From Eledone cirrhosa (taxonomy: Eukaryota), in assembly GCA_964016885.1 (NCBI GenBank), contig CAXHJY010001597.1, positions 1-23,701 of the forward strand: a stretch of 23,701 bases of DNA. The letters are read 5' to 3'. Below are positions 10,348 to 23,701 of this stretch, in pieces. Made by a program: the position numbers and the translations under genes. The notes beneath the pieces are model-generated. The model was not told the origin of the DNA. It saw only the letters and a list, made by a program, of their open reading frames with translations, and ran no database searches. Each line of letters opens with the position of its first letter. The first letter of the stretch is position 1.

Positions 10348-12028
10348 TGATAATTACTATTCTTCTATATCACCTATACTCCTGAACAAAGCATTGATAT
10401 TTGCTAAAAATAGATCTAACTTAACTTTGGATGACATTAATATTATTACACATGCTAGACTAACACTTATTGAATTTCAGAATGAATACTGGACCAGAAA
10501 CACATATAGTAATCTATTTGATATTACTATGGGTTCAAGCGATTCCGCCCAAATTACTGATCTTGTGGGCCTCTTTCTCCTTTTCAACATAAATGCCTCC
10601 TTTCCCCACCTTAAAGGTGGTTTATATCGTGATGACTGTCTTCTTCTTTCTAACAACCTTAGCCTTTCAGAAATAGAAAAAAACAAAAAACATATTAGAA
10701 CTTTCCTTAAAGACTATTATAATCTTCATATTACTTTTGAAAAAACAAGTAAAGTAGTAAATTTCCTAGATATAACTTTAGATTTAGCTACGGGTATCTA
10801 CCAACCTTACCATAAACCAAACCAAAACTTACATTACATACACTCACAATCTAATCACCCTAAATCTATCCTTAAAAACCTTGCGTATAATATATCACTT
10901 AGAATTTCTAACCTTTCTTCTAACCAAGATGTATTTGATAAATAATGCGACCTTCTATAACGAAGCTCTAGATAGAAGTGGCCACAAAAATAGATTAGAA
11001 TATATACCTTCTACTAAAAATACTAAAAACATACAACCTAATATTACCAACAAACACCAAATGAAAAGTACACACCTAAATGCCACCCACACTATACCCC
11101 AAAATACCAAATCTTCTAATATAAAATATAGTAACTCTCAAAAAACTACTCATCTTACAACTCTAATAAATATTAATAATAAAACTCCTAATAAAAAAGA
11201 TAAAACACCTAAATCTACAAATATAACTAAAAATGGTTGTGGTGAGATCATTAACATTAATCCTCCTAGTAAACATCACGATACAACCTATAAAAATAAT
11301 AAAAATAATAAACAACATAGAAACCGAAATAGACGGGTTACTTGGTATAATGCTCCATTTAATTTACAAATTAAGGATAATATTGCTAAAAAAATTTTTT
11401 ATATCCTAGAGAAAAACTTCCCGCCAAACCACAAATACCATCAAATCTTAAATAGGTCTACAGTTAAATTCTCATACTCAACAACAAATAACATAACAAA
11501 ATATAAGTGCCTATAATGCATATAAATGTAAGAAAACCATAAGTATACCACCAATACATCAAACTAACCATAATATCTCCTCAAATACAGAATTAACGAA
11601 AGGTTGTAACTGTAGAAACAAAGCAAACTGCCCATTAAAAGGGAATTGTCTTGTTAACAACAGTCTATAAATGTAATGTTAAAACTAAAGATTCTATTTG
11701 CTCATATATAGGAGCTACTTCTAACAATTTTAAGACAAGGTTTAATACCCACAAGCATAGTTTTAAAAATGCCGCACTGGCTAATACAACATCTCTAGCA
11801 GAAAAAATCAATAGTTATAAAAATAAGAATATAGAATATGATTTGACCTGGAGTGTGCTCAAAAGAGCCACCCCTTATCAAAATAATAGAAATGAATGTG
11901 GATTATGTTCCCAAGAACTATTTGAAATAATGAAATCTAAGGATATCCTATTAAATAAACGACAGGAATTAATTATATCGTGTAATCATAAACTAAAAAA
12001 AACATTTAAATATTATAAACCTAATTAA
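10348..12028 (+). pseudogene. PLE-A ORF, rest of RT, linker and GIY-YIG endonuclease (frameshifts near 10941, 11500 and 11661)
   Basis: DNYYSSIS, ITMGSSDSAQITDLVG, LYRDD, VNFLDITL, YIHSQSNHP, RRVTWYNAPF, CNCRNKANCPLKGNCL (frame between the listed ORFs), VYKC..YIG, RFNTH, CGLCSQE, LLNKRQE..SCNH. Confidence 0.9.
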
Positions 12029-12960
12029 TAACATTATTTTAGAAATTAATATATAATTTAATTTAAATGTTAGTTAACCTATAAATTTAATTTAATTAAA
12101 ATTCTACTACAGATGAGAATATAAAATATTGTGTAATCATAAATTGTGAAAAACCTTTAAATATTACTAATATATACTTAGTAATTTAATTTATAGATTA
12201 ATTTTAATTTATTTAACCCTTTATTAAAATTCCTTTACAGATAAAATATAACAAAATATCGTGTATTCAATGACAGAGAAATAATTTTTAGTATTATAGA
12301 CCTAATTAATATACATTTTAGAAATATATTTATAATTTGGTTTTAAATTTAGTCAACCTAAAAATTTAATTTAATTGGCTTAAAATTAGTATCCTAATAC
12401 AGACGGATTGCAGAGTGTCATGTAATCATAGAATGGGATGTGTTTTGGATGTATACCTAGTTAATATATTCTTTGCAATTTTTGAAAAAATATGTATATG
12501 TATGTATATATATGTATGTGTATGTATGTATATATATGTGTATATATATATATGTATGTATATGTATATGTATATGTATAAATTTTGATTTCTGTTTACA
12601 TATAATTATATTCTGCTATTGATAAAATACAATATCTGTTTTATTTATTATATACCTAATTAACATATACTATAGAAATTAATATATAATTTTTAATTTA
12701 ATTAACCTATAATTTATATTCTATTACCGATGTAATACTTTATTTGTTTTTTCCCTATTACTAAATTCATTTCCTAATATTGATACCATAACGTTAATAA
12801 TTTTAATTTAGTTATACTATAATTAATACTCTACTACTATTTAACTTCAAAATTCTGCTTCAAATATTATAAACCTAACTAATTTACACCTTAGAAATCA
12901 ATATGTTAACTATCTTTAGTTTAGTTAACCCATAATTAATGGTATACTTATATTGAAATG
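11979..12960 (+). repeat. Degenerate 130-160 bp tandem repeats starting in the last codons of the PLE ORF
   Basis: TGTAATCATA-like starts near 11981, 12132, 12262 and 12421. ACCTAATTAA..TAGAAAT..TTAACC blocks recur near 12020, 12300, 12655 and 12873. Confidence 0.7.
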
Positions 12961-13224
12961 CATAATTTTGCCTTATTTCTTGCATTTCCTAATACTGAAA
13001 CTATGTAATACACATATTGAGATCCAAATACAGATTAATATTTTATGTTTCTTGAAACATATATTTACTATAATACCCCCCCCCTTTCCCCCATACTATT
13101 ATTATCTGTATTTGTAAGCGTGTATGTATGAATATATATGTAGGTAGGTGTATATATGTTTGGGTGTTTATATCTGAGTATAAAAATACATATATGCGCA
13201 TGCAAATAAGGATGTATGATTGTG

Positions 13225-14490
13225 TCATCATCATCATCATCATCACCGTTTTACGTCCGTTCTTCCACGCTAGCATGGGTTAGACGGGTTGTCCTGTTGT
13301 GGGCAGTGTCTGGTCGGCTGACCATGCCTTGCTCATACAGGAACTGATCTGGCTTGATTTCTACAGCTGGATGCCCTTCCTAACACCAACCTCATTTACA
13401 GTGAGTGCTGGGTGCTTTTTCGTGGCGCCTACACGTCCACTTTACAGTGTGGGCTGGGTGCTTTTTTGCCGTGGCACCTCCACGACCACCTTGCGGTGGG
13501 GGGGGGGGGGGCATATTGTTTATATGCTTCAGCATGTACCCATGGGAGGTCGGGTACCCTGTATTACTGCGTGACGCCAGAAGTCACGGTCGTGTGTCAT
13601 TGACTTTGAGAGGTGTAGTTGGGTAAGGTCGGCTTTTATCACCTCATCCCAAGTCATCTTGGGTCTCCCCACTCCGCGGTTTCCATCAACTTCTAGTGCT
13701 CTGCACCTTTTTATGCAGCTGTCATCCTTCATACGCATCACATGTCCATACCAGCGTAACCGCCTCTCCTGCACGCAGCATTTGATTCCTCTTATGCTCA
13801 GTCTCTCTCTCAATTCATTTATGCTTTGTCGTTCACGTATATTACTGTTACACATCCATCGGAGCATGCAGGCTTCGTTTCTCTCTAATCTACGTAAGTC
13901 TTCCACCTTCAGCGCCCAGGTCTCACTACCATGCAACATCGCTGTTCGGATACACGCATCATACAGTCTGCCTTTCATTCTGAGGGAGAAGCCTTTTGCA
14001 GCTAGCAGTGGTAGTAGTTCCCTAAACTTCTTCCATCCCGTTCTTACCCTAGTTATTGTACTTTCTGAGCACCCACCTCCGTTGCTAATTCGGTCACCTA
14101 GGTAGCAGAAGCTGTCTACTGTTTCTACAGGGCCCTCCCAGAGATTGGTGGTACTTGTTTCCTGTGGCTGTTTGCTTGCTGTTTCAGCACAGCTGCTGCA
14201 TGTGAATCCTACATTCTTAATTAAGCTTCCTGAGATCCCGCTACATCTCTTGTGTACCCATTGTTTGCATTTGGGGCAAAGAATGGAGTTCCTACCTACA
14301 CCTTTCCTACATACTGAGCAAGGCCATTTCCCTGAGGGGATCTGGGTTCTGTTTTCTCGTCTACTTATAAGGACCTTAGTCTTTGTCATGTTGACTTTGA
14401 GGCCCTTTCTCTCTAGTCCCTGCTTCCAGGTTTGGAATTTATTCTCTAGTTCTACCATAGATTCAGCTATGAGTGCGAGGTCATCAGCAT

Positions 14491-14493
<3 letters not shown>
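13225..14493 (-). mobile_element. 5'-truncated RTE-A copy, apparently identical to 9079-10347
   Basis: The translation from YADD to the stop is identical to the full copy, as are the overlapping 3' UTR ORF translations and the 14-nt C/G run. (TCA)n tail from 13225. No clear TSD. Confidence 0.95.
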
Positions 14494-14584
<91 letters not shown>

Positions 14585-15665
14585 GTGTGTGGGCGTGTAT
14601 GTGTGTGTATATATATGTGTGTATGTATGTGTGTGTATATATGTGTATGTATATGTATGTCTCTCTATATATATGTGTATCTTCGTATCTATGTGGGTAT
14701 ATGTGTGTATGTACATGTATGCACATGTATATGTTTATGTGTATATGTGTGTATGTGTATATGTGTACATGTGCGCACATATATATGTGAGTGTGTGTGT
14801 GTGTGTATATATATATGTATGTCTATGTATATATATATATATTTGTATGTGTATATATATATATTATTTATTATTATAATATAACTTATGTGTATATATA
14901 TATATGTGAGAGTGTGTATATATATATATATGTGTATGTGTGTCTTTGTGTGTGTGTATATATGTGTATATATATGTGTATGTATGTGTTTGTATATGTG
15001 TTTATGGTTGTATGTGTGTGTGGGTATATATATATATGTATGTATATGTATATATATATATGTGTATCTCTATTTATGTGTGTATATATGTATATGTATA
15101 TACCTTTTTCTTTGTATGTCTGAGTTGTGTGAGAGTGTAGTGGTGTTTGTATGTATATACGCATATATGGATGCGTATGTATTTGTATATATGCGTATAT
15201 GTAAGTGCGTATGTGTGTGTGAATATATATCTATGTCTATGTATGAGTATGTATGTGTGTGTATGTATGTGTGTGTGTATGTGTGTATATATATGTGTGT
15301 ATATGTATGTATGTATGTGTATGTATGTATGTATATATGTATGTATATGTGTATGTATATATATATATATATTTATTATATATGTGTGTGTGTGTATGTG
15401 TGTATATATATCTTTATATATGTGTATGTGTATGTATGTGTAGGTGTGTGTGTGTGTGACTATATATGTATGTGTGTATATGTGTATGTATGTATATGTA
15501 TATATATGTATATATATGTATATATATATATATATTATATATGTGTGTGTGTGTGTGTGTGTATATATATCTTTATATATGTGTATGTGTATGTATGTGT
15601 AGGTGTGTGTGTCTGACTATATATGTATGTGTGTATGTGTGTATGTATGTGTATATATATGTATG

Positions 15666-15710
<45 letters not shown>

Positions 15711-15894
15711 ATATATATGTATGTATATATATATATATATGTATATATGTGTGTGTGTGTGGTTGTGTATGTGTGTATATGTATATGTATATATTTATAT
15801 GTGGGTATGTATGTGTATGTGTGTATATATATGAGTGTATTTTTTATATATATATATATATATATGTATGTAGATGTGACTGTATATATATATG

Positions 15895-15947
<53 letters not shown>

Positions 15948-16003
15948 ATGTATGTGTATATGTGTGTATATGTGTGTATATGTATGAGTGTGTGTATATA
16001 TAT
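14494..16003. repeat. Compound (TA)/(TG) microsatellite tract within the PLE-A 3' UTR, including an approximately 160-bp duplication (about 15374 and 15533)
   Basis: Directly visible. TCTTTATATATGTGTATGTGTATGTATGTGTAGG occurs twice. Confidence 0.85.
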
Positions 16004-16167
16004 ACGAGTGTTGTGAGTGTATATATATATATGTGTATGCGTGTGTATATGTATATGTGTATATATATGTATGTATATATATATATATATATATATGTGT
16101 ATATGTGTGTATGTATATATATATATGTATATATGTATGTATGCGTGTATGTGTATAAGTGTGTAAA

Positions 16168-16220
<53 letters not shown>

Positions 16221-17189
16221 TATGTGTTTATGTATGTATGTGTCTATGTATTTATATGTGTATATGTATGTGTCTCTATATGTATGCGTCTGTGTATGTG
16301 TATGTGTATTTATATGGTATGTGTATGTATATGTATGTATATGTATGTGTTTATATATATGTGTATGTATATGTTTGTATATGTATGTGTGTCTTTTTCT
16401 TTTCTTTTCTTTTTATTTCTAAGTTTATAGATACATCTATAAATAAGCAGTCTGCCGAAACCGTTGAATACTGACCTCTCCCCCCCCCTCCCACCTAATT
16501 TCTGTATCTTGATCTAAATGTGTGTGGCAGTGTTTATGTGCGTACATTAGTGTCCATATGCTTATGATAGTACTATATGCACATATATATGTATGTGGGG
16601 GTGTGTGTGTGTATGTATGTTCGTAATTATGTGTATGTTTATGCATATACGCGCGTGTGTGTGTGAGTGAGTGTACGGATATGTGTGAGTATGTGAATGT
16701 GTGTATACATTTATTTCATATTTATGTGTCTATACGCATTTTATCTGTGGATTATAAACTTACAGAGACATTAGCCTTGAATTTTTGTATTTGCATACAT
16801 CTTTTTGGCATGCGTATGCATGTGAGCATACATCTTTGTATAAATATGTGTACGGGGTTAATTACATGTATATACACACACCAAACTGCATAAAATTTTT
16901 TGTATTTTCATTGGTCAATTTGAACTCCGTTCCCAAACGGACCTGAAATTTTGAATTGTTGTTATTATCAATAAATATATTTCATTATTTCTGAAGACGG
17001 CATATATGTGTGTTAGGTATGTATATTTAATCTTGATAGTTTGTATAATTTTGTATAATTTTGTACATAGATCTGTTGAATATGCATGCCAATTCTAACA
17101 CATATATATCCTAGAAACGATCGTTAAATAATGAACTTTTTTTGTTTAATATAAGGACCTGTTTCATTGTTTTATTCATTATTTTTTTA

Positions 17190-17198
<9 letters not shown>
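16004..17198 (+). repeat. 3' pseudo-LTR of PLE-A (portion shared with the 5' copy)
   Basis: Direct repeat of 3957-5429, ending TATTTTAT directly into (TA)n. Confidence 0.92.
16981..17135 (+). ncRNA. Type I hammerhead ribozyme with extended stem II (3' pLTR copy)
   Basis: Same as 5213-5367 with one T/A difference in stem II (17015). CTGAAGA at 16991-16997, predicted cut after 17125. Confidence 0.85.
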
Positions 17199-17778
<580 letters not shown>

Positions 17779-17782
<4 letters not shown>

Positions 17783-18982
17783 GCGGCGGTCCCTTCTGGG
17801 AAATGGTCGTGCTCGGTGTGTAGGAAAGGCGTAGGTAGAAACTCCATTTTATGTCCTAAATGCAAAGTATGGGTGCATAAAAGATGTAGTGGGATCACAG
17901 GTAGGCTAACTAAGAACATAGATTTTACATGTGGCCGGTGCTCTGGTGCAATAAGTAGCAGCAAGTGCCCACAAACTACTAGCTCTTTCAATTGCGCAGA
18001 GGGTTCTATAGAAATAGTGGACAGCTTCCGTTACCTGGGCGATAAAATCAGCAGTGGGGGAGGGTGCTCTGAAAGTACTGTAGCTAGAGTCAGAACTGGT
18101 TGGAAAAAGTTCAGAGAGCTTATACCACTATTAGCTGCTAAAGGGTTCTCACTAAAAATGAAAGGCAGGTTGTACGATGCCTGCATACGAACAGCAATGC
18201 TGCATGGCAGTGAGACCTGGGCATTGTGTGCAGAGGATATACGCAGACTAGAGAGGAACGAAGCTTGCATGCTCCGCTGGATGTGTAACAGTAATATACG
18301 TGAACGGCAAAGCATAAACGAACTAAGGAAAAAATTAGAGATAAGAGGGATCAGATGTTGTTTACTCGAGAGAAGGCTACGTTGGTATGGACACGTGATG
18401 CGCATGAAAGTCGATAGCTGTATAACAAAGTGCAGGGCAATAAAGATAGACGGTAGTCACGGAATAGGCAGACCTAGAAAAACCTGGGACGAGCTGATAA
18501 ACTCCGACATCACACACTTACACCTCTCCAAGACAATGTCACTGGACCGAGACCTTTGGCGGTACTCAGTAACAGAGAAGACCCGCCTTACCTAAATATA
18601 TAGTAAAACCTACTCCAGCCAGTAGGCATCTCTAACAAATACACCCCGTCCCACCACCCCCACCCGATCCACACCACCCCGTTCTATGTAAAGTTATGTT
18701 GGTGCCGCGCCATCGAGGCCGAAACAAATGAGATCGTGTAGGTGTCACGACAAAAAAACACACAGTCCACGCTGTAATGTGGCCGTGTAGGCAACACGGT
18801 AAAAACCTCCCAGACCCACACTGTAAATGTGGTTGGTGTTAGGAAGGGCATCCAACTGTAGAAAACCTGCCAGACAGTCCTATGCGAGCAAGACAATCAC
18901 TCTTGCCTCAAGTGGGACTACCCCCGTCCAAACCCATGCAAGCGTGGAACACGGACGTTAAACGTTGATGATGATGATGATG

Positions 18983-18984
<2 letters not shown>
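17779..18984 (+). mobile_element. 5'-truncated RTE copy of a diverged subfamily (RTE-B)
   Basis: Open frame [37 protein letters not shown], stop at 18595. The 3' UTR is homologous to RTE-A, with a (GAT)6 tail at 18967-18984. Confidence 0.93.
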
Positions 18985-21336
<2,352 letters not shown>

Positions 21337-21337
<1 letters not shown>

Positions 21338-21858
21338 TCTTTTACTCTTTTACCCGTTTCAGCCATCCGGCTGAGGCCATGCTGGGGCACCGCCCTTGTT
21401 GCTACAGATTTTATCTCCAGCCTGTATAGGTTGGCCACTGGTGTAGGAGGGAGTTTGTTGCTGCGTGCCCTTAGGTTTCCCTCGTGTCTTGCTGTGGGCT
21501 CATCCGGGATCCTGGATAACAAGGTGTCGAGATGTTTCTTAAAGACATCCACCTCTGTTGAAGAGTTGAGGGCCCTTGAATCCCAGGCTATTGCAATACC
21601 TGCTCCTTATTCTAGATGTGGAAGACGGGACCTTTGGCACCACACAGTGACGTCCTGTTCGACGGTTGGTCCAGCTCCCAATGCCAAAGTTTGGTGCTAG
21701 TCCCTCCAGGATTTTCCACATGTAGATCACTGTGTATCTCTCCCGTCTTCGCTCCAAGGAGTAGAGGTTCAGTTCCTTCAGCCTCTCCCAGTAGCTTGTC
21801 TCCCTCATCTTGGCAATCCTCTTGGTGTCGCTTCGCTGGATTGCCTCAAGCTCTGTGG
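21337..21858 (-). mobile_element. Short 5'-truncated CR1-group LINE fragment (second family) with an internal deletion near 21555
   Basis: Minus strand reads [44 protein letters not shown] / [18 protein letters not shown]. 3' hairpin and (GTAAAAGA)2 tail. Confidence 0.9.
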
Positions 21859-21860
21859 TA

Positions 21861-21912
<52 letters not shown>

Positions 21913-21953
21913 TACATATATACATATATATATATATATACATATATATATAC

Positions 21954-22038
<85 letters not shown>

Positions 22039-22087
22039 TATATACATATATATATATATATACATATATATATACATATATATATAC

Positions 22088-22174
<87 letters not shown>

Positions 22175-22195
22175 TATATACATATATATATATAC

Positions 22196-22268
<73 letters not shown>

Positions 22269-22293
22269 TATATACATATATATATATATATAC

Positions 22294-22324
<31 letters not shown>

Positions 22325-22361
22325 CATATATATATACATATATATATACATATATATATAC

Positions 22362-22394
<33 letters not shown>

Positions 22395-22395
22395 C

Positions 22396-22428
<33 letters not shown>

Positions 22429-22429
22429 C

Positions 22430-22486
<57 letters not shown>

Positions 22487-22493
22487 TATATAC

Positions 22494-22544
<51 letters not shown>

Positions 22545-22661
22545 TATATACATATATATACATATATATATACATATATATATATATACATATATATATA
22601 CATATATATATATATATACATATATATATACATATATATATACATATATATATATATATAC

Positions 22662-22748
<87 letters not shown>
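21859..22748. repeat. (TA)n array with TACA interruptions
   Basis: Directly visible. Confidence 0.97.
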
Positions 22749-23701
22749 ACCCCATCGCCCCCCGCCCCTCACCGCCCCCAACCCCCAAACGCAATCCAAA
22801 ACTTCAGAGTTGGTACCATAAATGTAGGCACCCTAAAGGGTCGCGCTAACGAGGTTGTAGAAATGCTTGAACGTAAGGAGGTCGATGTTTGTTGTATTCA
22901 AGAGACCAGGTGGAGGGGTGGGTCTGCTAGGTTCATTGAGGGTAAAAAACGATGTTATAAGCTTTTCTGGGTGGGAAACGACGATGGGCTGGGTGGAGTA
23001 GGAATCATGGTAGCAGAAAAGTGGGCAGATAAGATAATAGACGTAAATAGAGTGAACGACAGAATAATTAAAATACGACTTGTCCTCAATAGAACTACGG
23101 TGACAGTAATATCTGCGTACGCACCCCAATCCGGACTGCCCGGCACTATAAAAGACAGATTCTATGAGACACTGATGCTAACTACCTCCCAAATATCCGA
23201 CAGTAACTATATAATTATCGCAGGCGACCTAAATGGTCACGTTGGACAACATTGTGACGGCTACGACGAAATCCATGGAGGCTATGGGTTTGGTACTAGA
23301 AATGAGGAAGGCTCCAGAATCCTGGAATTCTGTGATGCAAATAACCTAACTATCTGTAACACTAACTTCAAAAAACGTGACAATCACCTGATCACCTATA
23401 GATCCGGGGAACACACAAGCCAGGTAGATTATATCCTTACCAGAAGACGTGACAGAGTGTCTGTTGTAAACACTAAATCCCTCCCCCATGAAGAATGCAC
23501 CTCCCAACATAGACTGATAATTAGCGACCTCATAGTCAGGACGAGACGTACTCGACAACAGAAGAGGACTATCCTCAGGAGGAAAATATGGAAGCTAAAG
23601 GACCCCACAGCCAGGAATAAATTTCAAAGCATATTACTTGATGCTTTCGACAGTAAGGAAGAACATTTAGAGTCGGACAATATAGAGGGAGAGTGGGAAT
23701 T
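22749..23701 (+). mobile_element. RTE LINE, AP-endonuclease region, diverged from RTE-A and running off the window end
   Basis: Manual translation: [69 protein letters not shown]. No stop before the window end, so it is missing from the ORF track. It lacks the 5' UTR of RTE-A. Confidence 0.92.

Noticed and set aside
5717-12028. Selenoprotein-type (Naiad) PLE with UGA read-through
   Set aside because: The endonuclease is C-terminal, and the ORF breaks are frameshifts, not in-frame UGA at Cys positions.
13529-14716. 395-aa ORF, and likewise 17225..18595 and 21539..22675, as fusion genes
   Set aside because: Each is a chance in-frame join of microsatellite to a truncated LINE. There is no evidence of a real start or expression.

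Overview
AT-rich eukaryotic (animal) repeat DNA with no recognisable host gene. From the repeat families it is probably an octopod cephalopod; this is an inference. The window is a nest of retroelements set in long (TA)n arrays. Its centre is a Penelope-like element (PLE, about 3957-17198) with direct pseudo-LTRs, a frameshifted RT + C-terminal GIY-YIG ORF, and a type I hammerhead ribozyme with an unusually long stem II in each pLTR. Two near-identical young RTE LINEs sit inside it in opposite orientation. One is full length with an intact 1039-aa APE-RT ORF that carries a PHD finger inside the RT, and it splits the first catalytic motif of the PLE RT. Upstream are a second, different hammerhead (probable terminus of another PLE family) and a perfect 31-bp fold-back at the PLE 5' junction. 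The flanking arrays hold two CR1-group LINE fragments and two diverged RTE copies. The long YIYI/CVCV ORFs are microsatellite artefacts.
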